A stretch of 64,000 nt of DNA from Candidatus Hydrogenedentota bacterium (lineage in GTDB: Bacteria > Hydrogenedentota > Hydrogenedentia > Hydrogenedentales > JAEUWI01): contig JAXMOL010000002.1 in assembly GCA_034669905.1 (NCBI GenBank), positions 160,001-224,000 on the forward strand. Reading direction: 5' to 3'. Shown one piece after another: positions 50,340 through 59,459 of the stretch. The position numbers were made by a program, and so were the translations under genes. How positions within the stretch are numbered: position 1 is the first letter of the stretch; each line of letters opens with the position of its first letter. The notes below the pieces were generated by a model, which saw only the letters and a list, made by a program, of their open reading frames with translations, was not told where the DNA came from and made no database searches.

Positions 50340-52289
50340 CTAACCCGCTTTCACCATGAGGTCAGCAACCAGCTTGCTGAACTTGCCGGGGTTCGGCAGG
50401 TCGCCGCCTTCGGCCAACACCGCCTGGCCATAGACCAGCTGCGCGTAGTCGTCCAACTGGGTGTCTTCCGGGTTGGCCTCGAAGAGGTCGTGGAGTTTCG
50501 CGAGGATAGCGTGGTCCGGGTTCAGCTCCAGGATGCGCTTGGAGGTCGGCACGTCCTGGCCCATCTGCTTCATCATCTGTTCGAGCTGGGGCGTAAGGTC
50601 CGCGCCATCGGTGACCAGACAGGCCGCCGAGCTGGTGAGACGATTGGAAAGACGTACTTCCTTCACATTCGCTTCCAGCTTGCCCTTCAGGCATTCCAGC
50701 AGGGACTTGTATTCTTTTTCTTTCTCCGCACGCTTTTCCTCGGCTTCTTTTTTCTCTTCTTCCGAGCCCAGCTCCACGGCACCCTTGCTGATGGACTTGA
50801 AGTCAAAGTCCTTGTGCTTGAAGACCTGCTGGCACCAGATTTCGTCGACCGGGTCGGACAGAATCAATACTTCGTAGCCCTTTTCGAGGAAGCTTTCCAT
50901 GTGGGGAGATTCTTCAATCTTCGCACGGGATTCGCCGGTCATGTAGTAGATGGCGTCCTGGCCTTCCTTCATGCGTTCAATGTATTCCGCCAGCGTCGTG
51001 TACTCTTCGTTGCTGTTGGTGGAATTGAAGAGACACAGCTCCAAAAGGGCTTCCTGGTTTTCGCGATCCTGGAAGAGGCCTTCCTTGAAGACCCGGCCAA
51101 ATTCGTTCCAGAAGGCGATGAACTCATCTTTGTCCTTCTTGAACTGGGTCTTCAGGAAGCCGAGCACCTTGCTGACGATACCCTTGCGCATCCGCTCAAT
51201 CTGGCGGTTCTGCTGGAGGATTTCGCGGGAAATGTTCAGCGAAAGATCTTCCGAATCCACCACGCCACGAATAAAGCGCAGGTACTCCGGCAGCAGCTCT
51301 TTGCAGTCATCCATGATGAAAACGCGCTTCACATAGAGGTGCACGCCATGGCGAACGCCCTGGTAGTAGAGGTCCATGGGCGCCTTGCCGGGAATGTAGA
51401 GCAGCAGCGTATATTCGAGGGTGCCCTCGATCTTCGCCTGGATGCGCGACGCAGGGTCGGTCCAGTCGTGGGAAATGTGCTTATAGAACTCGTTGTATTC
51501 CTCGTCCGTCACGTCTTTCTTGTCACGGAGCCAGAGGGCCTTCATGGAGTTCAGCGTCTCGGTCGTGATGACCTTTTTCTCTTCGGCCCCTTCGACCGGC
51601 TTCCCTTCCTCATCGCGCTCCACTTCCGTGCGCTCGATGTCCATCTGGATGGGATAGGCCACGAAGTCGGAGTACTGCTTGACGACCTGGCGAATCTGCC
51701 ATTCCTGGGTGTAGTCGTTCATGCCGTCTTCGGTGTCGGTTTCCTTAAGGTGCAAGGTGACCGTGGTGCCCACTTCGTCGCGCTCGGCTTCTTCCAGGGT
51801 ATAGGTGCCATCGCCCGCCGATTCCCAACGGGTCGCCGTCTCTTCCCCGGCTTTGCGTGTGACCAGGCTCACCCGGTCCGCGGCGATGAAGCTCGAGTAG
51901 AAGCCCACACCAAACTGACCAATAAGGTCGGCGTTGACGCTGTCTTCTTTGCTCTGCTTGATCTTGTTGATGAACTCTTTCGTACCCGACTTGGCAATAG
52001 TACCAATCAGGTCCTTCACCTCATCCCGGGTCATCCCGATGCCGTTATCGATGATGGAAAGGGTGCGCGCCTCGCTGTCCACCTCAATGAAGATGCGGAG
52101 CTCCGTGCCCTCTTCCAGCAATTCGGGCTGCTTGAGGGCCTCGAAACGGCGTTTGTCCAACGCGTCGGAGCTATTGGAAATCAGCTCACGCAAGAAAATG
52201 TCTTTGTTGGAATAGACCGAGTGGATCATCAAATCGAGCAATTGACGTGCTTCGGTCTGGAACTCAAAGGTCTCAATAGTGTCTGTCAT
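50340..52289 (-). CDS. htpG: Hsp90 chaperone HtpG
   Basis: YSNKDIFLRELISN, DNGIGM, IGQFGVGFYS, DLSLNISRE, ILELNPDH. Confidence 0.97.
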   Translation of the reverse strand: MTDTIETFEFQTEARQLLDLMIHSVYSNKDIFLRELISNSSDALDKRRFEALKQPELLEEGTELRIFIEVDSEARTLSIIDNGIGMTRDEVKDLIGTIAKSGTKEFINKIKQSKEDSVNADLIGQFGVGFYSSFIAADRVSLVTRKAGEETATRWESAGDGTYTLEEAERDEVGTTVTLHLKETDTEDGMNDYTQEWQIRQVVKQYSDFVAYPIQMDIERTEVERDEEGKPVEGAEEKKVITTETLNSMKALWLRDKKDVTDEEYNEFYKHISHDWTDPASRIQAKIEGTLEYTLLLYIPGKAPMDLYYQGVRHGVHLYVKRVFIMDDCKELLPEYLRFIRGVVDSEDLSLNISREILQQNRQIERMRKGIVSKVLGFLKTQFKKDKDEFIAFWNEFGRVFKEGLFQDRENQEALLELCLFNSTNSNEEYTTLAEYIERMKEGQDAIYYMTGESRAKIEESPHMESFLEKGYEVLILSDPVDEIWCQQVFKHKDFDFKSISKGAVELGSEEEKKEAEEKRAEKEKEYKSLLECLKGKLEANVKEVRLSNRLTSSAACLVTDGADLTPQLEQMMKQMGQDVPTSKRILELNPDHAILAKLHDLFEANPEDTQLDDYAQLVYGQAVLAEGGDLPNPGKFSKLVADLMVKAG

Positions 52290-52554
52290 GATAGTCTCTC
52301 CAATGCTTTGGTGCACAATGCAATTTGGGCAAGCAATGTAGGAAAACGTAGAAAAAGGGCACAGGAAGGCCCCTACGAACCGTGTATTTTAGCGCACTGA
52401 CACCCTGAAAGGGAAGTTTCGTACCCCCGGAACGTTTCCATCCCCCTTCCCAACCCGGACGGAGCGGGGCCCTGTCCCTAAAACTTACCCCCCGCACGTT
52501 GCTATACTGAGCGCACCTGTCCATACCTGGATCATGAGAGGAATCTTCCCCCCG

Positions 52555-53373
52555 ATGGAACGCATACTATTTGCCTGCACCCTGATTTTCGCCCTGGCAA
52601 CAGGCCCCGCGCCGGCCTACGCCGCCGAGGCCCCAGCCCCCACCGGGGTGCTCTGGGTAGACTGGGCGGCCGAACAGGTCGCCTTTGCCCTGGAAGAAGC
52701 CGATCCGGCCGACGCCACGGGGGACCCCTCCCGGATGCCCGCCACCCACTCCATTGAATCGGTGGAAATCAACCGGCTCCGGGAAGAAATCCGGCTGCTC
52801 CGTGATCTCCTGGAACAAGGCGTTGTGGGCCGCATCATTTCCCTGGAAAACGAAGTGCGCATGCTCCGGGGCGCCCTCCAGCAGCAACAGATTGCCGCCT
52901 ATGGCAACGGCACCATCGTGCCCCAACCCGGCGACACCCCTGCCCCCATGCCCCAGGCCTTCCCCCAGAACCCATCCCCCTCCCAGCCAGCCCCCGCAGC
53001 TGCGCCGGAAACGCCCTTGCCCACCGAGGCCTTTCGCTTCACCGTGGTCGATGAATGGGGGCGCAGTCCCGAAGTGGCCGCCGACCTCGGCGGCAATGCT
53101 TCCAGCCTGATCGGTATGGCCGGCCTCGTGCCCGCACGCAGTGCCCGGGAAGACGTCATCGCCCTGGCCCGGGAGTTACGCGCCGACTACGAAACCTACG
53201 ACAACATCAACATCGAGATCTTCGATTCTGAACGGGCCGCGCAAGACTTTGCCGCCGACCAGTCGGTGGACCCGGCCCATCACGTCGCCAGCATTTCCCG
53301 TCACAAAGGCTCGGGCCGCGATCTCATCCTCTATCTGGCCAACGAAAAGCCCGAGGCCATCGCTCCCGAATAA
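52555..53373 (+). CDS. exported hypothetical protein with coiled coil and Pro-rich linker
   Basis: Signal peptide ending AYA-AE; heptad region; PAP-rich linker. Confidence 0.7.
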   Translation: MERILFACTLIFALATGPAPAYAAEAPAPTGVLWVDWAAEQVAFALEEADPADATGDPSRMPATHSIESVEINRLREEIRLLRDLLEQGVVGRIISLENEVRMLRGALQQQQIAAYGNGTIVPQPGDTPAPMPQAFPQNPSPSQPAPAAAPETPLPTEAFRFTVVDEWGRSPEVAADLGGNASSLIGMAGLVPARSAREDVIALARELRADYETYDNINIEIFDSERAAQDFAADQSVDPAHHVASISRHKGSGRDLILYLANEKPEAIAPE

Positions 53374-53511
53374 GGCAACGGGGACTGCCCAGTCACGGCG
53401 TGCCAGCGCCAGGCTGGACCGCCCGGGGGAAAAACCGCATAGGCCCGCCGTCAACGCCCGATCCGAGGGAATACGTTCATGGGCGGTCCCGTTGACCTTG
53501 TGCTCCCCCCC

Positions 53512-53554
53512 AAAAAAAGGAATCGGGCGGCGAGGCTGGTTGCCTCGCCGCCCG
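53512..53554 (-). terminator. terminator of the pilin gene
   Basis: CGGGCGGCGAGGC/GCCTCGCCGCCCG stem followed by T7 on the minus strand. Confidence 0.8.
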
Positions 53555-53593
53555 TATTCGGACCCATAATGCGCCGTAGTTAGTCGTTAGTGA

Positions 53594-54025
53594 TTATTCA
53601 CCAATCGGGTTGCTGGTCGCGTCGGCATCGGCGCCGTCCGCGTAGCGAATCACCCCGCTGGAGTCGGTGAAGAAGCCTTTACCACCGGTCGTGCCATAAG
53701 CCGCAGCGTTGGCGTTGGCCGTGAAGGCGTTGGCGTCACCGCCGAGTACGAAGTTGTAGCCACTCTTCGTGCCACCCCAGTTACCATCGAGGAAGGAGGG
53801 GGTTGCGCCGGTCAGGTCCGCGAAGTCGGCGGTGTAGGCGTAGTTGGCGGCGTGGTAGGCCACTTCGGCACCCACGATAGTGCGCAGGTTACCAATGGCA
53901 CTGGACTCATTGGACTGCATCCGCGAACGGAGCAGGTTGGGAATGGCGATAGCCGCAATGATAGCGATAATGGCCACAACAATCATCAATTCAATCAACG
54001 TGAAACCTTTGTTAGCTTTTTTCAT
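53594..54025 (-). CDS. pilA: type IV major pilin
   Basis: MKKANKG|FTLIELMIVVAIIAIIAAIAIPN class III signal; monocistronic with AGGAGG RBS, sigma54 promoter and terminator. Confidence 0.9.
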   Translation of the reverse strand: MKKANKGFTLIELMIVVAIIAIIAAIAIPNLLRSRMQSNESSAIGNLRTIVGAEVAYHAANYAYTADFADLTGATPSFLDGNWGGTKSGYNFVLGGDANAFTANANAAAYGTTGGKGFFTDSSGVIRYADGADADATSNPIGE

Positions 54026-54118
54026 GGCGAATCCTCCTGTGGATTGGTTTGGTTTAATCTTTCAAATGAAGGCCGCGCGGCCCGCATCGTACTTCGTTTC
54101 AACTGTTGCCAACTATAA

Positions 54119-54135
54119 GGCAAGGGCCGTGCCAA
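54119..54135 (-). promoter_or_regulatory. sigma54 promoter of the pilin gene
   Basis: Minus strand TTGGCAC-GGCCC-TTGCC. Confidence 0.85.
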
Positions 54136-54254
54136 ACAGGCATACCACTTTCTTAACCATCTTCATGGCAATAACTTACGATGCAAACCAGGCACCTTAT
54201 GACGGCCGAACCTGGCGGAATGCGCCCTCGCTCATCGCCCTGTTGGGACCCCAC

Positions 54255-54271
54255 GTGACAATATTTGTCAC
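54255..54271. promoter_or_regulatory. candidate PilR-type enhancer palindrome
   Basis: GTGACA-ATATT-TGTCAC about 120 bp upstream of the -24 box. Confidence 0.55.
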
Positions 54272-54374
54272 TTCCCCCCTCGCACGGCAGGGATAGTTGA
54301 CCTTCTCTCCAGAAATTGGGAGAATGTGGCGACCTGTTGACGCGCGACGTCGGCTCAAAAAGGAATTCTCCCCC

Positions 54375-55205
54375 ATGGCATCCATTATCGGCCTCCTCGT
54401 CATTGTGTTGCTGTCGGTCATCGTGAACCGAATCGCCACCGTGGCCCTCACGCTGACCGGGCTTTCCCGCGAAATGGCCCGTTTCCAGGCCCGCTCGGCC
54501 TTCAGCACGACCGGCTTTACGTCAAACGAGACCGAAGCCATTGTGAACCACCCCGTTCGTCGCCGCATTGTGTTCACCCTGATGATGATTGGCAACGTGG
54601 GCCTCATCGGCGTCATTGCCACGACCGTATCCTCCGTCACCTCCGTCGAGACCGGGGATAACTACAGCCTGTGGGTCCGGATTGCCTACCTGGTCACCGG
54701 GTTAAGCATCCTGCTGGCCTTCTCCATGAGCAAGTGGGTTGATGACCAGCTCTTTAAATTCATTGGATGGGCATTGCGACGGTGGACCCTGGACGACATC
54801 CACGACTACCGTCACCTCCTAGCACTGGGCGAAGGCTACAGTGTGACCGAACTCAAGATGGACCCGGGCAACTGGCCGGTTGGTAAGCGCCTCGACGAAT
54901 TACGCCTTTCCCACGTGGGTGTCATCGTGTTGGCCATTCATCGGGCCGATGGCGATCTGGTAGGTTCGCCGATAGGCGCCACCTATATCCGCGCGGGCGA
55001 CCGCCTGACCGTATACGGCTTTAAGAAGGATGTGGCGCGGTTTAACCATAGCCGCGACGCGGAAGACGGGCCCAGGGCCTATCAGGAGTTGGTGGATGCA
55101 CGGGCCCCCGAAGTGGCCGCCGCCCAGGCCCGTCGTATGGAAGAGGAACGGCGCCGCCTCAAGCGGAGAACAGCCCGGAAGGCCTCAGATTCTTCTGGGG
55201 ACTAG
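54375..55205 (+). CDS. membrane protein with TrkA-C (RCK-C) domain
   Basis: LTGLSREMARFQARSAFSTTGFTSNETE..HPVRRRI; GKRLDELRL..VLAIHR..GDRLTVYG. Confidence 0.85.
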   Translation: MASIIGLLVIVLLSVIVNRIATVALTLTGLSREMARFQARSAFSTTGFTSNETEAIVNHPVRRRIVFTLMMIGNVGLIGVIATTVSSVTSVETGDNYSLWVRIAYLVTGLSILLAFSMSKWVDDQLFKFIGWALRRWTLDDIHDYRHLLALGEGYSVTELKMDPGNWPVGKRLDELRLSHVGVIVLAIHRADGDLVGSPIGATYIRAGDRLTVYGFKKDVARFNHSRDAEDGPRAYQELVDARAPEVAAAQARRMEEERRRLKRRTARKASDSSGD

Positions 55206-56383
55206 CTGGCTTCCCGCTTGGACGTGCCGAGCTCGACGACGTTTTCAGAATCGATGCCGTGCGCTTCCAACTTCTTCGCGAGATTGGAATAGGCTTCCTC
55301 GTGCTGTTCCAGAGTCGCCTCGTGACGGCGCGCCGCCAGCACCATCAGGATAATGACGATGGTCACGATCGCAAGCCCCTGAAAGAGCGCCAACTGGCTG
55401 TCGACCAAACTGGAGGTATTGCGCAGCAGGATGCCGCTGATGCCCAGGGTAATCGAGATCAGGTAGATAAAGAAGACCGCCTGACGCTGGGTAAATCCAA
55501 ACCAAACCAGACGATGGGAAAGGTGATCCGGTGCGCAGTGATCGATGATGTCGCGCAAGGTCCGGGTTTCGCCCTTGAGAATGCGCGCCATGATGACATA
55601 GCCAAAATCAAAGAGCGGCACCCCCAGAATCAGAATGGGTATGGTGCAGGAAATGATACGGTTTTCGGTCCATTCTCCCATCACGCCCAGGGCCGCCAGG
55701 GTAAAGCCCAGGAAGAAACTCCCCGAGTCGCCCATAAAGATGAGGGCCGGCTTGCTGTTGTAAATCAGGAAGCCCAGGTTGGCCCCAATCAACCCAATCG
55801 CCAACATGCCAAACCACGAAAGGCTCGTCTCAGTGTTGGTAAGGGCGTAGGCCTGCAAGGCGATGACCAGAAACATGCCGGCCACAATAACCGACAACCC
55901 CGAGGCCAACCCGTCCATATTGTCCGTGCCATTGAAAGCACTCGTGACCCCCACAATCCAGAGTATGGTCACAGACACATCAAGCACTTCATTCTGAAAC
56001 ACATTGATACGCACGCCATACTGGGAGAGTATCAGGGTCGCGGCCACCAGGGTGATGAGCTTGTAGAACCCGGCAATCCCGCCCACGTAGTCGTCTACCG
56101 CCCCTACCACGAGGCACATGAAGGCCCCGAGCAGAATCCCGTTCATACCGTCACTGCGGTAATCGGGCAACAACACGGCCACCGCAAAGGCAATGAAAAT
56201 CACAATGCCACCACCGCGCGGGACGGGCTGTTTGTGGATCTTGTTGTCCGCTACGGCATCCATCATCCCCACCCGGCGAAGCAGCATGATGGCCAAAGGC
56301 ATCAGCAGGGCGGAAATTATAAAGGCACTGCACCCCACCAGAATATAGGTGCGGGGCCAGTAGTCGGGCAAACTGAATAACAT
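55202..56383 (-). CDS. wecA: WecA/TagO-type undecaprenyl-phosphate GlcNAc-1-P transferase
   Basis: KIHKQPVPRGGG, GAVDD, DNMDGL, IFMGDSGS, DHLSHRL. Confidence 0.88.
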   Translation of the reverse strand: MLFSLPDYWPRTYILVGCSAFIISALLMPLAIMLLRRVGMMDAVADNKIHKQPVPRGGGIVIFIAFAVAVLLPDYRSDGMNGILLGAFMCLVVGAVDDYVGGIAGFYKLITLVAATLILSQYGVRINVFQNEVLDVSVTILWIVGVTSAFNGTDNMDGLASGLSVIVAGMFLVIALQAYALTNTETSLSWFGMLAIGLIGANLGFLIYNSKPALIFMGDSGSFFLGFTLAALGVMGEWTENRIISCTIPILILGVPLFDFGYVIMARILKGETRTLRDIIDHCAPDHLSHRLVWFGFTQRQAVFFIYLISITLGISGILLRNTSSLVDSQLALFQGLAIVTIVIILMVLAARRHEATLEQHEEAYSNLAKKLEAHGIDSENVVELGTSKREAS

Positions 56384-56431
56384 CCGTGTTATTCCTCATT
56401 TCATGGGCACGGGCTCACGGGCACAGGCCCA

Positions 56432-57424
56432 TCAAGAGCGGGCCTCAAAGAACTGTTCTATGGATTCTACCACAAGCGCGACTTCTGCATCAGTCATTGC
56501 GGGATATATGGGGATGGACACATGGTGCTGGTGCGCCTGCTCGGAACGGGGAAAGCACCCCCCCAGCGTGTGATGGGCCGGATGGTGCACCGGGCGTCCC
56601 GCGCCAATGCCGCGCTGGTTCAACCACTCCATCAGGGCGGGGCCTTCGGGTGTCGATACCACATACCGGAAATACACGGCGCCACCCGGTGCGGGCAAGA
56701 CCAGGGGCGTATTCTGAAACGCCGTATGGTATCGACCGGCGATCGCCCGACGGCGTTCCAGAAACTCCGGTAAACGGCGGAGCTGAACCCGACCAAGCGC
56801 CGCCTGAAAATCCGTCATCTTATAGGCATAACGTATTTGGAAATCCCCTCGGTTATCGTAGTCCCGCCGATCCCGGATGAAGTCCGCCAGGGAGCTGTCG
56901 TCCGTAAAGACCATCCCCCCCTCCCCCGTGGTCATGAGCTTGGTGGCGTAGAAGGAGGTCATGGCAATCAAGGTGGCACGCCCCGTCTCTCCACCGAAGG
57001 ATTGGGCCAGATCTTCGACCACCCGGGGATGATCGGGCAGGGCCGCCGTCGCACCAAACATATGGGGCACGACCACGGCCCGCACCGATGCGGGGACCAT
57101 CGCGGGATCCAGATTGTGTTGGGAATCGATATCACATAGAACCGGATGCGCATGTTGCCACGACACGGCCTGGGCGAGAGAGGCACAGGCATACGAGGGA
57201 ATGGCCACGCTGTCTTCGGGGCGTACGTTGAGCCCCACGAGTGCCAGGTGCAGGGCCGCCGTGCCGCTGTTCACCGCGATAGCATGACGGCGTCCCAGAA
57301 ACGCGGCGCACTCTTCCTCAAAGGCGGCCACTTCCTTACCTTGCGCCAGATGGCCACTGGCCACCACACGGGCCACGGCCGCGCCCTCCTCGTCACCGAC
57401 GGTCGGCTTACTGTGGGCAATCAT
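56432..57424 (-). CDS. DegT/DnrJ/EryC1/StrS sugar aminotransferase
   Basis: NSGTAALHLAL, EDLAQS, SFYATKLMTTGEGG, YKMTDFQAALG. Confidence 0.92.
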   Translation of the reverse strand: MIAHSKPTVGDEEGAAVARVVASGHLAQGKEVAAFEEECAAFLGRRHAIAVNSGTAALHLALVGLNVRPEDSVAIPSYACASLAQAVSWQHAHPVLCDIDSQHNLDPAMVPASVRAVVVPHMFGATAALPDHPRVVEDLAQSFGGETGRATLIAMTSFYATKLMTTGEGGMVFTDDSSLADFIRDRRDYDNRGDFQIRYAYKMTDFQAALGRVQLRRLPEFLERRRAIAGRYHTAFQNTPLVLPAPGGAVYFRYVVSTPEGPALMEWLNQRGIGAGRPVHHPAHHTLGGCFPRSEQAHQHHVSIPIYPAMTDAEVALVVESIEQFFEARS

Positions 57425-58106
57425 GGGGCACCCCCTCAAGAATCGTGCGGGCGTCGGAACCGCAATGCATCATCAAGTCAATAATCGACAGCTCCGGCAA
57501 AAAGGGCCCGGGCCCCTGGGGATACTCGGGCGCCGTCCACGATTGGATCTGAAGCGCGATTCCCGACGCTTCCAGGGCGTCCACATCCAGGTAGCTGTCC
57601 ACCGCATGGGCTCCACTGAGATAGGTATCGCCTTTCACTGCGTGAATCAGATGAATCAAGCGCTCGGTCGCCTCCCCCCGAACATGCAGTTCAGACGCGT
57701 AGACCACGGGCGTGTCGATCTCGAGCCGCAGCAGAATTCCCGTCAACAGGGAGCGGTTGAGATCGTTAAGATACTCCCAGGGCTGCTCGTAGACTTCCTC
57801 AAGCCAATCGGCGTAGCGCGAAAAGTACGGGGCCTTCCCATAGTGCTGGGCAATTGTGCGCCAATGCTTTCGCGCCCAGGGCCCCTTGTTGTCAATCACC
57901 ACTTCATCCAGGCGTTGGCCCAGCCGATCAAAGACGGGGACGGTCAGCGTGCGGGCGCCCTGTGGGGTCTTGATACGGTTCCGGTTCTGGTGGCCATTCT
58001 TGTTGTATTGAATGTTATCCAACACGATGAAGACATCAGCGCACAGTATCTTATGGATGTAGCGCAACCAGGGAAGATAATGTAACTGATGGATTCCCAC
58101 AAGCAC
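57408..58106 (-). CDS. WbqC family protein
   Basis: HQLHYLPWLRY..K, QNRNRIKT, YGKAPYF, YLSG, YPQ..F.PELSIIDL. Confidence 0.9.
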   Translation of the reverse strand: MLVGIHQLHYLPWLRYIHKILCADVFIVLDNIQYNKNGHQNRNRIKTPQGARTLTVPVFDRLGQRLDEVVIDNKGPWARKHWRTIAQHYGKAPYFSRYADWLEEVYEQPWEYLNDLNRSLLTGILLRLEIDTPVVYASELHVRGEATERLIHLIHAVKGDTYLSGAHAVDSYLDVDALEASGIALQIQSWTAPEYPQGPGPFLPELSIIDLMMHCGSDARTILEGVPHDCPQ

Positions 58107-58298
58107 GGCGGCGGACCCTCTCTGTCGCAATTCGTTGCACACACCATTCAAACAGGTTGACATACACCCCGTCCGACAATGATTCTACCTGAGTCATTTA
58201 TCGACGGCAACAGCCGGAAACTGAAACTATCCCGGCCGGCATTTCACGTAGGCCGCCCCCGTGGAACATGACCGGTTAGCGGAGAAAAGGAGTAATCC

Positions 58299-58892
58299 AT
58301 GAGCGAATACGTCCCACGCATTCTCGCCTTCGCCGGCAGCACCCGTAGCGATTCCTACAATAAGAAGCTGGCCGCCGCCGCGGCAGAGGCCGCCCGGGCT
58401 GCCGGAGCCGACGTGACCCTCGTCGACCTTCGTGACTACCCCATGCCCTTATTTGATGAAGATCTTGAATCGGCAGAAGGGCTTCCCGAAAGTGCGGTCA
58501 AGCTACGGGAATTGTTCCTGCGTCATGACGGACTGATCATCGCCTCACCGGAATACAACGGTTCCCTGAGCGCGGTGTTGAAAAACACCATTGACTGGCT
58601 GAGCCGTCGCCAGGGCGATGAAACACCGCTCATCTGCTTCCGCGAAAAGGTGGCCTTACTCCTCGCCGCTTCCCCCGGTGGCCTCGGCGGCCTCCGTGCC
58701 TTGCGACACCTCAACACCATCCTCCACGGGATTCAGGTCATCGTGCTCCCCGAACAGAAGGCCATTCCTGCGGCCCACAAGGTCTTCGACGACACGGGCA
58801 TCGCCGATGCCAAAGTGGCGAAATCCGTCGCCGATCTCAGCACCCGGCTCGTTGAAATGACCACGCGCATCCACCAGAAAAACAACGGCTAA
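58299..58892 (+). CDS. NADPH-dependent FMN reductase (ChrR/YieF-like)
   Basis: GSTRSDSYN, SPEYNGSLSAVLKNTIDWLSR, ASPGGLGG. Confidence 0.93.
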   Translation: MSEYVPRILAFAGSTRSDSYNKKLAAAAAEAARAAGADVTLVDLRDYPMPLFDEDLESAEGLPESAVKLRELFLRHDGLIIASPEYNGSLSAVLKNTIDWLSRRQGDETPLICFREKVALLLAASPGGLGGLRALRHLNTILHGIQVIVLPEQKAIPAAHKVFDDTGIADAKVAKSVADLSTRLVEMTTRIHQKNNG

Positions 58893-58916
58893 AGTCCAAC
58901 CGCCCCCTGCCGATAA
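58889..58916 (+). promoter_or_regulatory. sigma28 promoter 1
   Basis: TAAA-N15-GCCGATAA; the -35 box overlaps the FMN reductase stop codon. Confidence 0.85.
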
Positions 58917-58922
58917 GTAAAG

Positions 58923-59104
58923 CACAGGCCAAGACACGGAAGTCGCGGCGACGAATTGACACGGAGGTCAACGGAGGTGGCGAAAGAGACTAGATGAACC
59001 GTCGGGTGTCATCCCAACACCAACGCGATCGACGTTTTGTCCCACAGTCTTTCCATCCATGAGAGGCGCCATAGCACACGCTGTTGTGGCGTTTTTCTAT
59101 TTTA
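58923..59104 (+). ncRNA. candidate sigma28-dependent sRNA 1 (antisense to flagellin 2 RBS, CsrA-type loops)
   Basis: Promoter, GAC-ACGGA-GTC hairpins, AUCCC hairpin, 26-bp complement of 62168-62196, terminator at 59066-59104. Confidence 0.75.
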
Positions 59105-59191
59105 TCCGCCCTTTTTCCCGCGTACGCTGCCCCACGCCCCCCGACTTTTCGCCCACGCCCCAGCCGCCCATCCAACGCCGGCACATTTCCG

Positions 59192-59219
59192 CTAAAGGTT
59201 CTCGCTCCACCGCCGATAC
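59192..59219 (+). promoter_or_regulatory. sigma28 promoter 2
   Basis: TAAA-N15-GCCGATAC. Confidence 0.8.
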
Positions 59220-59225
59220 TCTAAT

Positions 59226-59393
59226 CACAAGGCGACGACACGGAGGTCAACGCCGGCACGACACGGACGTCATTGCTACTTATCCTGGATACATACTCAC
59301 AGGGTGGCCAATCCCACCACCTGCTATTGGGAGTGCCCCAGGGTCTTACCTCTGAAACGCGTTGCGGTCTACACTGCAACGCGTTTCAAATTT
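59226..59393 (+). ncRNA. candidate sigma28-dependent sRNA 2 (antisense to flagellin 3 RBS, CsrA-type loops)
   Basis: Two GAC-ACGGA(G/C)-GTC hairpins, AUCCC hairpin, CCCAGGGUCUUACCUCU seed, 13-bp perfect terminal stem at 59353-59388. Confidence 0.72.
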
Positions 59394-59425
59394 ATGGGGC
59401 ATACTCCACCGATCCCATATTTCTG

Positions 59426-59453
59426 CTAAAGTTTTCTGCGGCACCGCCGATAC
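59426..59453 (+). promoter_or_regulatory. sigma28 promoter 3
   Basis: TAAA-N15-GCCGATAC. Confidence 0.8.
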
Positions 59454-59459
59454 CATCAT

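Noticed and set aside
53594..54025. Pilin as an electrically conductive e-pilin (about 10% aromatic residues)
   Set aside because: No aromatic residue between mature positions 2 and 49; positions 24, 27 and 32 are L, S and N, so it fails the usual e-pilin pattern
58933..59271. GACACGGAGGTCAACG repeats as a CRISPR or REP remnant
   Set aside because: Short and irregularly spaced; better explained as GGA-loop hairpins directly downstream of sigma28 promoters
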